This document shows positions 55,688 to 64,000 of a DNA stretch of 64,000 nt, piece after piece (position 1 is the stretch's first letter; each line of letters starts with the position of its first letter). A program made the translations under genes and the position numbers. The DNA lies in NCBI GenBank assembly GCA_044868695.1, contig JBIOWP010000053.1, positions 35,103 through 99,102 of the forward strand. Reading direction: 5' to 3'. A model generated the notes under the pieces. It ran no database searches. It was given only the letters and a program-made list of their open reading frames with translations, and was not told where the DNA came from. This DNA comes from a bacterium. GTDB taxonomy: Bacteria > Sysuimicrobiota > Sysuimicrobiia > Sysuimicrobiales > Kaftiobacteriaceae.

Positions 55688-56503
55688 ATGCGAACTCAGC
55701 GATTCACGAGAGTCGGACTGATCGCCGCGGCCTTCCTCACATTGTCGGGCACGCCGCTGGTGGCGGAGCCCCTGCAGTTCGGATTGACGCCGCCTGAAGT
55801 GGAGCTCGTCCCCAGCCCCGCGGGTACCGCGAGCGGGACGCTGGTGGTCTACAATAAGTCCCCCCGCCGTGTCCGGTTCCGCGTGAGCGTGGAAGACATC
55901 AACATCCGCCCCAGCGGCACGATCGACATCCTCGCGCCGGCCAGCACGACCTGGTCGGTGGCGTCGATGAGCCGGATCGTGCCCGCGGAGTTCGACCTCG
56001 ACCCAGACCGCCAGATGCCCGTGCGTGTGACGGTCACGGTCGCCGGCGACGCACGGGGCGGGCGGTACGGCGCGATTGTGATCGCCCCGACGCCGGTCCT
56101 GCAGACCGGCGGGATCCGGGGCACGGTGTCCGTGATCGTCCCCAAACTCGCCGCCAAACTGCTCGTGCCGATCCGGGGCACCGAAGTCGTGCAGGGCGAT
56201 CTCATCAACATGCTAGCCGCGGCGCGACCGGGCGGCAAGGGTGCGGACATCAGGGTGGTCTTCAAGAACACCGGCAACGTCCACGTGCGCACCAGGGGCG
56301 ACGTCACGCTCCTCAATGCCGCGGGGCAGGTGGTGGGCAGGGTGCCGCTGGACGAGGCGACGGTCCTCCCCGGGAGCGTGCGCGAGTTCAATGCGCCCTG
56401 GAACACGCCCCTCGACCCCGGGACGTTTACCGTGAAGGCCGTGGTCGATTTCGGCGGAACCGTCCTGCTTGCGGGCGAGACCCGGTTCGTGCGTAAACCG
56501 TAA
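55688..56503 (+). CDS. Putative pilus assembly chaperone (PapD/DUF916-like)
   Basis: Signal peptide; LTPPEVEL...LVVYN; FKNTGNVHVR; VLPGSVR. Confidence 0.6.
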   Translation: MRTQRFTRVGLIAAAFLTLSGTPLVAEPLQFGLTPPEVELVPSPAGTASGTLVVYNKSPRRVRFRVSVEDINIRPSGTIDILAPASTTWSVASMSRIVPAEFDLDPDRQMPVRVTVTVAGDARGGRYGAIVIAPTPVLQTGGIRGTVSVIVPKLAAKLLVPIRGTEVVQGDLINMLAAARPGGKGADIRVVFKNTGNVHVRTRGDVTLLNAAGQVVGRVPLDEATVLPGSVREFNAPWNTPLDPGTFTVKAVVDFGGTVLLAGETRFVRKP

Positions 56504-56522
56504 GGCGCGACGGTGCGAACAG

Positions 56523-58979
56523 GTGAACACCTCTCCCCCCTGGAAGGCGGCGCCTCACCCCCGATGGTCGGCGGCACTGCTGTTGTGCGCCGTCCTGCTG
56601 CTGGATCTGGGCATCATGCCCGCGAAGGGCTCGTCTGCCGTCCGCGTCCTCGTTAACGAGAGTCCCCTTGGCGTGCTCCCCGCTCCCGTCATGGTCGACG
56701 GGGTCCTCTATCTTCCGCTTCGGCCGCTGGCACGCCATTTTGGCACGGAGGTGGCCGCCGACCGCCAGGCCGTGACGGTGACCCGGGCCGACGGCACTCT
56801 GCTGACGCTCCGCCCCGGTCGCATGGAAGTCTGGTCCGGCGGGCTGGTGTGGGCCCTGCTGTCCGCGCCGGTGCGGCTCATCGATGGATCGACCTTCATC
56901 CCCTCGTCCGCAGTCGACGTGCTGTTCCAGACGCTGACGCTGTGGGACAGCACAGAGCTCACGCTGTGGATCACAACGCCCGCGTCGTTCCACGTCGCCT
57001 CTGCCACACGGCCCGCCGCGCCGACGACCCCGGCGCCGCTCACCGCGCCGCCGGCACCGTTCGTGGGCGAGTTCGTCCGTCAGACTCAGCCGCCGCTGGT
57101 CGCGTCGGGCTACGTCTCCCTGGGCGTCGCCATGGGGGGATCCACGGAGGCGACCGCCAGCGCGCAGGCCCAGTTCCGGACGCTCGAGGGAGACCAGCGC
57201 GTCGACGGCACGGTGACGGTGGCCGCGTCCGGGGGCGCGATTCAGGCCGCCGGCTCGCTCACGGTGCGGACGCCCGTGACGCTGGTGACCGTCGGGTCGC
57301 TGACGCTGCATGACTCACCGCTCACGCTGTACCAGCAGAGCGTGACCGGTGGGACGTACGAGAATCTTGCCGGGCCGACCACCGCGACCTATTTCGGCGG
57401 CACTCTGTCGGCATCTGGGACGGAGTCGGTGTATGGCGTGAACCTGGACCTGCCGCAATCGGGGGAGTGGACGTTCGGCACCGGCCTGGTGTACGCGCCC
57501 GTCTCGGGCGGGCTGATCCTCAAGGCCCGCGCCGATCATCCGGTCGGTGACCGGTTGACGGCGTTCAGCGAAGTCGCCGCGGGGAGCGCAGGATCGTCGT
57601 CGGGCGCAGGATGGCGCGCCGGCGTCGCGGCGGCGTCGAGCACCCTGACCATGTCGCTGAGCTACCTGTCGCTCGACCCAGGCTATCCAGCCGTGGGGAA
57701 CAGCGCGGTCTTCGCGGGCCGGGGCGGACCGCTGTTCGAGATCGCCTATCAACCCGCGCCGGATTGGTCGATGCTCGCCAACGTGGCCGCGCTGAGCGCG
57801 GCGGGGCAGCCCGACCGGACGACCTCCGGACTGCTGGTCAACTACCGGCCCACTCCTGCGCTCGGCCTGGCCGCGGAACTCCGCCTGACCGAAGATGCCT
57901 CACCCGGCGTCCACACACGAGCGACCACGGGACAACTGGGGGCGAGCCTCGCGTCCGGCCGCTGGGGATTTGCCGCAAGCGTGAGCTACCTGGATTCGAT
58001 CGACCTGCTGTCCGGAACGGCGTCTGCGACGTCGACGCTGTCGCTGCGCGCCGGGTACACGCCGCCGAGCGGGCTGCCGGTCTGGGCCGAAGTCATCCGG
58101 TCCACCGGCGCCACCGAGTCGTGGTCATCCGCGCTCGGCCTCACCTTCCGTCCCTCGCCCAGCTTTGACATGACGGCTGCGCTGCGGTACAAGGTGTTCG
58201 CCGCGCCTACGGCGTCCACGGAAAGTGCGGTCGAACTCGGGTTCCTGCAGCCGCTCCCGACGGGCGCACAGCTGGTGGTGGGAGGGGGAGTCAAATTCAC
58301 GACGCCTGACGGCGTGACGACCCCGTATCTCACATTCCAGTACGGGTATCCGGTCTACGTGTATGGGACGCCGCGCGTCGGGCAGCTTGCCGGTGTTGTC
58401 TTCGCCGATACCAACGGCAACGGCGCCCGCGACGCGGAGGAGCCGGGCGTGGCCGGGGTGACCGTGCGGATCGACGGCCGCAGCGCCGCGCAGTCCGGCG
58501 CCGATGGGCGGCTGGCGGTGGACGGGGTCGGTGAAGGGCAATACGTGATTTCGATTGACGACACGACCGTCCCCGCGGGCCTTGTTGCCGCGCGGACCCA
58601 GGCGGAAGTCGTCGTCGCCACCGGAGGGACGAGCGAGATCGCCTTTGGGTTGGTTCCCGGCGCCACCGTCCGCGTGGCGGCGTTCCTCGACGAGAACGGC
58701 GATGGAGCGCTCAGCGCCGGTGAAGCGGGGCTCGAGGGAATCGTCTTCATGCTGCTGCCCGGCGGCGGGACCCGGACGTCGGACGGCAGCGGCAGCGTGG
58801 AGTTCAGCCACCTGCTGCCCGGCGCGTACACCCTCGCCGTCGATCTCGCCGCGCTCCCGCCTGAGTGGAAGGTCGCCGGCACCGGCGTCCTCCCCCTCGT
58901 GCTGCGGCCGGGTGACGTGGCCGAGGTGGCCATCCCGCTGGTCAGCACCAGGCCGGTGATCAAGAAGACGTTCCCCTGA
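56523..58979 (+). CDS. Putative usher-like protein: copper-amine-oxidase N-terminal (stalk) domain, amphipathic beta-strand region, two SdrD-B-like domains
   Basis: PVMVDGVLYLPLRPLA; alternating beta strands; VFADTNGNGARDAEEPG and FLDENGDG. Confidence 0.55.
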   Translation: MNTSPPWKAAPHPRWSAALLLCAVLLLDLGIMPAKGSSAVRVLVNESPLGVLPAPVMVDGVLYLPLRPLARHFGTEVAADRQAVTVTRADGTLLTLRPGRMEVWSGGLVWALLSAPVRLIDGSTFIPSSAVDVLFQTLTLWDSTELTLWITTPASFHVASATRPAAPTTPAPLTAPPAPFVGEFVRQTQPPLVASGYVSLGVAMGGSTEATASAQAQFRTLEGDQRVDGTVTVAASGGAIQAAGSLTVRTPVTLVTVGSLTLHDSPLTLYQQSVTGGTYENLAGPTTATYFGGTLSASGTESVYGVNLDLPQSGEWTFGTGLVYAPVSGGLILKARADHPVGDRLTAFSEVAAGSAGSSSGAGWRAGVAAASSTLTMSLSYLSLDPGYPAVGNSAVFAGRGGPLFEIAYQPAPDWSMLANVAALSAAGQPDRTTSGLLVNYRPTPALGLAAELRLTEDASPGVHTRATTGQLGASLASGRWGFAASVSYLDSIDLLSGTASATSTLSLRAGYTPPSGLPVWAEVIRSTGATESWSSALGLTFRPSPSFDMTAALRYKVFAAPTASTESAVELGFLQPLPTGAQLVVGGGVKFTTPDGVTTPYLTFQYGYPVYVYGTPRVGQLAGVVFADTNGNGARDAEEPGVAGVTVRIDGRSAAQSGADGRLAVDGVGEGQYVISIDDTTVPAGLVAARTQAEVVVATGGTSEIAFGLVPGATVRVAAFLDENGDGALSAGEAGLEGIVFMLLPGGGTRTSDGSGSVEFSHLLPGAYTLAVDLAALPPEWKVAGTGVLPLVLRPGDVAEVAIPLVSTRPVIKKTFP

Positions 58980-59015
58980 CCGGGCGTCGCGGGCGATAAT
59001 GGGGGAAGTAGTGCA

Positions 59016-59095
59016 ATTGTGGATTGCGGATTGTGGATTGCGGATTGTCCTGATGGAAGTCTCCAATTCGCAATCGCCAATTCGCAATCCGAAAT
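59016..59095. repeat. Inverted array of 7-bp tandem repeats (ATTGCGG/TCGCAAT type)
   Basis: ATTGTGG ATTGCGG ATTGTGG ATTGCGG ... TCGCAAT CGCCAAT TCGCAAT CCGAAAT. Confidence 0.85.
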
Positions 59096-59113
59096 GTCTT
59101 CGGGAGGGCCGTC

Positions 59114-59398
59114 GTGACAGACGCGATCGCGATTGACATCCAGCCCACCCCAAACGTGAACGCCCTGAAGTTTGCCCTCAACCGCCGGCTGACGGAGGGG
59201 CGGAGTCAGACGTTCCGAACTCCGGAGGAGGCGGCGTCAACGCCGCTGGCCGCCGCGCTGCTCCGGATCCCGGGTGTGGTGCAGGTGTTCTTCCTCAATG
59301 ATTTCATCACCATCACGCGCAATCCGTCGGCGCAGTGGGACACCATCGCCTCGCAGGTGGAAGCGGTCATCACCGAACACTTTACTCGGGAGACGTGA
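59114..59398 (+). CDS. Nfu/NifU N-terminal domain protein
   Basis: QPTPNVNALKF...PLAAALL.IPGV.QVFF..DFITIT...W. Confidence 0.85.
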   Translation: MTDAIAIDIQPTPNVNALKFALNRRLTEGRSQTFRTPEEAASTPLAAALLRIPGVVQVFFLNDFITITRNPSAQWDTIASQVEAVITEHFTRET

Positions 59399-60602
59399 CC
59401 AGCAGGAGCGGATTTTCGAGCAGGCGCTTCACCTCGTGAAGGTACCGCGCGGCCTCGGCCCCATCGGTGACGCGGTGATCGGCCGACAGGGTGATCTTCA
59501 TCGTGGTCGCCGCGAGCACGGCGCCGTTCCGCACGACCGCAGCCGGCATGGCTTTGCCCACGGCCAGGATGCCTGTGTGCGGCGGGTTGATGATGGCCAC
59601 GAAGCTGTCGATATCTCCGAACATCCCCAGGTTGCTGACGGTAAACGTGCCTGCGTCGTAGTCCTCGGACCGCAGCCGACCGCTGCGCGCGCGCTCTCCA
59701 AGGTCCTTCGTCCTCGCGGCAATCTCCGTGAGCGTGAGGCGGTCGCAATCATGGATCACCGGCGCGATCAAACCGTCGGGCAGGGCGACGGCCATCGCCA
59801 GATTGATCCGGCGATAGCGGCGGACCGCGCCGCCGATGAGCGCGCTGTTGAGGTTGGGGAAGGTGCGCAGCGCCAGGGCCGCGGCCCGCATGACGAAGTC
59901 GTTCACGGAGACCTTCGGGTCCCCCGCCGTCTCGTTGAGCTGCTGGCGGGCCCGGAGCGCGTCATCCATGCCGACCTCGACCGTGACGTAGAAGTGCGGG
60001 GCCTGCTGCTTGCTCTCCGCCATCCGGCGCGCGATCGTCTGGCGGATGCGTGATAGGGGAACGGTCTCGTACTCTCCTCCAGAGGCGGCCGCTGGTGTTG
60101 AGGGCGTCGCGGTGGCCAGCAAGGCCTCCACGTCTTCCTTAGTAATGCGGCCGTCCGGGCCGGATCCGCGGACGGCGGCGAGATCAATGCCGCGTTCGTC
60201 GGCTAGCTTCCGCGCCAGGGGCGACGCTTTGACGCGGTCTCCCGTATCCGCCGCGGCCGGGGTGGCCGCGGGGGCCCGGCGCGCCGGTGCGGGCGGGGCA
60301 GGGGAGGGCGGCGCGGCCGCGCCCGCCTCGCCCCGGCTCGGGGTCGGGCGCGCCTGAACCTTCTGTCCTGGCGCGCCGATGACGGCGATGCTCGCGCCGA
60401 CCGGTGCGCTCACGCCTTCCTCGACCAGGATCTGCGCGAGGACGCCGGCTTCTTCCGCCTCGATGTCGACGTTCACCTTGTCGGTCTCGATTTCGGCAAT
60501 GGGCTCGCCCTTGACGACGGGGTCGCCCGGGCGCTTCTTCCATTTAAGGACCTTGCCCTCGGTCATCGCGTCGCCCATCTTCGGCATGATGACGTCGCCC
60601 AC
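59382..60602 (-). CDS. pdhC: Pyruvate dehydrogenase E2 dihydrolipoamide acetyltransferase
   Basis: Lipoyl EIETDKV; KASPLARK; SNLGM; ADHRVTDG; GTG start after GGAGGG. Confidence 0.92.
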   Translation of the reverse strand: MGDVIMPKMGDAMTEGKVLKWKKRPGDPVVKGEPIAEIETDKVNVDIEAEEAGVLAQILVEEGVSAPVGASIAVIGAPGQKVQARPTPSRGEAGAAAPPSPAPPAPARRAPAATPAAADTGDRVKASPLARKLADERGIDLAAVRGSGPDGRITKEDVEALLATATPSTPAAASGGEYETVPLSRIRQTIARRMAESKQQAPHFYVTVEVGMDDALRARQQLNETAGDPKVSVNDFVMRAAALALRTFPNLNSALIGGAVRRYRRINLAMAVALPDGLIAPVIHDCDRLTLTEIAARTKDLGERARSGRLRSEDYDAGTFTVSNLGMFGDIDSFVAIINPPHTGILAVGKAMPAAVVRNGAVLAATTMKITLSADHRVTDGAEAARYLHEVKRLLENPLLLVTSPE

Positions 60603-60620
60603 CGCAATACCCTCCAACGA

Positions 60621-60698
60621 CGGGATCCGGGAACCGGGATCAGGGATCCGGACCTGCGCATCATGTTACGGATCCCGGATCCCCGATCCCGTATCCCG
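60621..60698. repeat. Inverted 7-bp tandem repeats (GGGATCC/GATCCCG)
   Basis: CGGGATC CGGGAAC CGGGATC AGGGATC ... GATCCCG GATCCCC GATCCCG TATCCCG between pdhB and pdhC. Confidence 0.8.
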
Positions 60699-60701
60699 GT
60701 G

Positions 60702-61682
60702 TTATGTTTTGCCCAGCGTCTTCTTGACGGCGCTGACGACGTCTTCCTCGTGCGGCACCGCCAGCAGCTCCAGGTTGCGCGCATACGGCATGGGCACATC
60801 GGCGCCGGTGACGCGCTCGACCGGCGCGTCGAGCTGGTCGAACGCCTCTTCATAGATCCGCATCGCGATCTCCGCGGCGGCGCCGAAGGGCTTCCACTGT
60901 TCTTGGACCACCACGGCACGGTGCGTGCGTGCCACGGATTCGGCCAGCGCGTCGACGTCCAGGGGACGCAGTGTGCGCAGGTTGACGACTTCGGCCTCGA
61001 TCCCATCTGCGGCGAGCCGTTCGGCCGCGGCCAGGGCCACCAAAAGCATCCGGCTGTACGCCACCACCGTCACGTCGCGTCCCGGGCGCGCGACCGCGGC
61101 CTTCCCGAACGGCAGGGCGAAGTCGGCATCCGGTACATCCCCTTTCATCCCGTACAGGGCCGGGTTTTCCAGGAAGATGACCGGGTCGGAGCCCCGGATG
61201 GCCGTGCGCAGCATCCCTTTCGCGTCCGCCGGCGTGGCCGGCGCCACGACATACAGCCCTGGGAAGTGCGCATACATGGCTTCAAGACTCTGAGAGTGCT
61301 GCGCCGACAGCTGGACGCCGGCTCCGTTCGGCCCCCGGATGACCAGCGGGACCTGTACCTGCCCGCCGGAAAAGTACCGCAGCTTCGCCGCGTTGTTGAC
61401 GATCTGGTCCATGGCCAGCAGGGAGAAATTCCAGGTCATGACTTCCACAACCGGGCGCAGGCCCAGCATCGCCATCCCGACGGCCGCGCCGACGAAGCCC
61501 AGCTCTGAGATGGGGGTGTCGATGACCCGGGTGGGCCCGAAGCGGGCCAGGAGGTCCGCGGTGACACGAAACGTCCCCTGGTAAATGCCGATGTCCTCGC
61601 CGAGGAGGACGACGCTGCGGTCGCGGTCCATCTCCTCGATGAGCGTCGAGCGCAGCGCGTCGCGGTAGGTCAGTTCCGCCAC
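60702..61682 (-). CDS. pdhB: Pyruvate dehydrogenase E1 beta subunit
   Basis: LLGEDIG, DTPISE, AQHSQ, LRTLRPLD, DVPMPYA. Confidence 0.93.
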   Translation of the reverse strand: MAELTYRDALRSTLIEEMDRDRSVVLLGEDIGIYQGTFRVTADLLARFGPTRVIDTPISELGFVGAAVGMAMLGLRPVVEVMTWNFSLLAMDQIVNNAAKLRYFSGGQVQVPLVIRGPNGAGVQLSAQHSQSLEAMYAHFPGLYVVAPATPADAKGMLRTAIRGSDPVIFLENPALYGMKGDVPDADFALPFGKAAVARPGRDVTVVAYSRMLLVALAAAERLAADGIEAEVVNLRTLRPLDVDALAESVARTHRAVVVQEQWKPFGAAAEIAMRIYEEAFDQLDAPVERVTGADVPMPYARNLELLAVPHEEDVVSAVKKTLGKT

Positions 61683-61684
61683 GG

Positions 61685-62743
61685 CTAGTCCTCGCCGGCG
61701 TACACGTCGGTGTACAGCTGGTCCGCGGAGGGCGGGGGGCTCGTCTCGGCAAACTGGACGGCCTCGGTGACCGCGCGCTCGGCGTCCTCGCGAATGCGTG
61801 TCACCTGGGCATCCGAGAGCGCACCGGCCGCACGCAGCCGGTCTTCCAAGATGGTCAGTGGGTCGCGCTGCCGCGCCTGAGCAATCTCCTCTTTCGTGCG
61901 GTACGGCTGGAACAGATCGGCAGCGCCGTGGCCCGAGAACCGGTAGGAGAGCAGCTCCACCCCGTACGGGCGTCCGGTCTCGCGCACCCGGTGCACGATG
62001 CGCGACGCCAGGCGGCGTACCTCAATAAAGTCCATTCCGTCGGCGCGCTCGTGGTCGATCGCATACGATGCGAACCGGCTGGCCAGGATAGGGACCGCCG
62101 ATGACCGCCCGACCGAGGTGCCCATCGCGTACTGGTTGTTCTCGACGATGTAGACGATGGGGCAGAGTCCCTGCTGCCCCCACAGGCCCGCCATGTTGAC
62201 CGGTTCATGGAAGGCGCCGCTGTTCATCGCGCCGTCTCCGAGGAAGCACACGCAGACGCGGTCGGTGCCCTGATGGCGCAGGGCGTAGGCCGCACCGGTG
62301 GCCAGCGGGATGTGCCCGCCGACGATCCCGTATCCCCCATAGAACCCGCGGGAGGCGTCGAAGAGGTGCATCGAGCCGCCTTTGCCCTTGGCGAGCCCCG
62401 CGGCCTTGCCGAACAGTTCGGCCATGATCGCGCGGGGCGGGGCGCCCCGGAACAGCGCGTGGGCGTGGTCGCGGTACGCGGTAAAGAAGACGTCATCGGT
62501 GCGTAGCACGGCAAGAAACCCGGCCGCGATCGCCTCCTGGCCGCTGTAGACATGCAGGTAGCCGCCGATCTTGCCCCGGCGGAACTCGCGTTCCGCCTCG
62601 TCCTCGAACCGGCGCGCCAGCACCATCCTGGCATACCATTGCTGCGCGGCTTCGATTTCGTCGCGGCTGAGGTCGTGAGGCGGGGCTGTTTTCACGCTTC
62701 GTGATCCGGCGGTGCCTGATGAATCGGTCATGCCCGAGACCAC
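61685..62743 (-). CDS. pdhA: Pyruvate dehydrogenase E1 alpha subunit
   Basis: GYLHVYSGQEA, GKGGSMH, GDGA...ENNQYAM TPP motif; start could be 62731. Confidence 0.93.
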   Translation of the reverse strand: MVSGMTDSSGTAGSRSVKTAPPHDLSRDEIEAAQQWYARMVLARRFEDEAEREFRRGKIGGYLHVYSGQEAIAAGFLAVLRTDDVFFTAYRDHAHALFRGAPPRAIMAELFGKAAGLAKGKGGSMHLFDASRGFYGGYGIVGGHIPLATGAAYALRHQGTDRVCVCFLGDGAMNSGAFHEPVNMAGLWGQQGLCPIVYIVENNQYAMGTSVGRSSAVPILASRFASYAIDHERADGMDFIEVRRLASRIVHRVRETGRPYGVELLSYRFSGHGAADLFQPYRTKEEIAQARQRDPLTILEDRLRAAGALSDAQVTRIREDAERAVTEAVQFAETSPPPSADQLYTDVYAGED

Positions 62744-62832
62744 CTGTGAAGGCCGTCCCGCTGTGTCGCGGCTATATTATCATACAGGATAGATGTCCAC
62801 CAAGATGACCCACCTCCCCGCTACCTAGCCGC

Positions 62833-63831
62833 ATGCCATCGGTGCCGTTGATGCAGGCGATCAAAGATCTCTCGAAGGTCGAACTGCACCTCCATCTAGA
62901 GACGTCGCTGAGGCTGCGCCGGCTGGCCGGTCGCCGGTCCCGAGGCGACGATCCGCCCGGCAGGCCCGTGGTGACCGAGCCGCATCTGGTGGCCGATCCG
63001 TCGAAGTTTGCCGGCTACGACAGGCTCCGCCGCCTCCGATACCTCAGCCGCGCCGGAAAGATCGCGGACAGCCTGTACACTTCCGGCAATATCGAGACGA
63101 TCACATATGAGCTGCTTGAGGAATTGGCGGCGCACCGGGTGCGGTATGTCGAGGTGCGGGTCGGCGGGCGGCGGGGATTCACCCTGCTGGGCGCGCGCCC
63201 GATGCTGGAGGCCATGGCCCGCGCCCGTGTCCGCGCTGAAGCGCGACTGGGCATCCGGTGCGGGTTTCTCATCACCATCGTCAGGGAGCGCGGGCCCGAC
63301 GAAGCTGAGCAGCGCGTCCGGGAGGCGATGGCCTCCCGCGACTGCGGCGTGGTAGGCGTCGATCTGGCCGGCGACGAGCAGAACTATCCTCCGGCGCTGT
63401 TCGCCCGGGCGATGGGCCATGCCCGGGAGGCCGGACTGGGGATCACGGTGCACGCCGGCGAGTTCGCAGGACCCGCCAGCATCTGGACCGCCGTGTACCA
63501 GCTCGGCGCTCAGCGCATCGGCCATGGGATCCGCGCGGCCGACGACGCCGATCTGCTGGCCTACCTGCGCGAGCATCGGGTCGCGCTCGAGATCTGCCCC
63601 ACCAGCAACCTCTTCTTGGGGTTGTGCCCGTCGATGGATGCACTGCCGCTGCGCCCCCTGATGGACGCCGGGGTGCCGGTGACCGTCAACAGCGACGATC
63701 CGCTGCTGCTTGGGACGGACATCTCCCGCGAGCTTGCGGCGGCGGCAGCGGCATTCTCCCTTTCCATGGACGAGATCACAACGCTCCTCGCGACTGCCGC
63801 GCGCGCCGCGTTCACCCCGGTTTCCGAGTAG
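62833..63831 (+). CDS. Adenosine deaminase family protein
   Basis: KVELHLHL, DLAGDE, HAGE, RIGHG, EICPTSN, NSDDP. Confidence 0.88.
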   Translation: MPSVPLMQAIKDLSKVELHLHLETSLRLRRLAGRRSRGDDPPGRPVVTEPHLVADPSKFAGYDRLRRLRYLSRAGKIADSLYTSGNIETITYELLEELAAHRVRYVEVRVGGRRGFTLLGARPMLEAMARARVRAEARLGIRCGFLITIVRERGPDEAEQRVREAMASRDCGVVGVDLAGDEQNYPPALFARAMGHAREAGLGITVHAGEFAGPASIWTAVYQLGAQRIGHGIRAADDADLLAYLREHRVALEICPTSNLFLGLCPSMDALPLRPLMDAGVPVTVNSDDPLLLGTDISRELAAAAAAFSLSMDEITTLLATAARAAFTPVSE

Positions 63832-64000
63832 TAGTTCAGTTTAAAATACCCATTACCCTATTCTAGATAGTGGGTCGTCTGAATGGACGGGCGGCTGGCT
63901 GCTCGGGGGCGGTCCCTCGCGTCGAGTCGGGCGGCTTCGGATTGGATGTGCAGGCCTCACGCTCCCTGGCATGCTCGCCTGCCAATATGCGACGGAACAC

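Noticed and set aside
59382..62743. Absence of E3 (lpdA) from the pdh operon
   Set aside because: Common arrangement; E3 is often encoded elsewhere
63967..63982. Possible sigma54 site TGGCATGCTCGCCTGC
   Set aside because: GG to GC spacing is 11 rather than the strictly required 10

Overview
High-GC bacterial genomic window with three parts. (1) 1-34.4 kb is the downstream part of a long, translationally coupled Wzx-type exopolysaccharide/capsule operon. It has four GT4s, a priming sugar transferase, a flippase, a GDP-mannose dehydrogenase and GME-like epimerase, and a heparinase II/III-like lyase. It also has an unusually rich decoration toolkit: two adenylation-enzyme/ACP/GNAT modules, a carbamoyltransferase, an SGNH protein, two Asn-synthetase-like enzymes and a methyltransferase. 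Three paralogous secreted beta-helix proteins occur here, one behind a variant c-di-GMP-I riboswitch. (2) 37.9-59 kb is a dense signalling island. It contains a 43-aa secreted propeptide next to an XRE-HTH/TPR protein (RRNPP-like pair), and two tandem 49-aa secreted peptides with identical SATWE-repeat cores directly upstream of a membrane histidine kinase. It also holds an NtrC-like activator, REC-GAF-HD-GYP, rpoN, a degenerate GGDEF protein, a FliA/WhiG sigma, a pilin and a chaperone-usher-like trio. Seven sigma54 -24/-12 promoter matches and one sigma28-like promoter tie these together. (3) 59-64 kb is housekeeping (pdhABC, adenosine deaminase family). The best candidate for an undescribed system is the SATWE-peptide/kinase/sigma54 autoinduction circuit, followed by the RRNPP-like pair. 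All family calls come from motif recognition by eye; no database searches were run. The lineage is not determined; it does not look like a low-GC Firmicute, and an Armatimonadota/CSP1-3-like host is only a guess.
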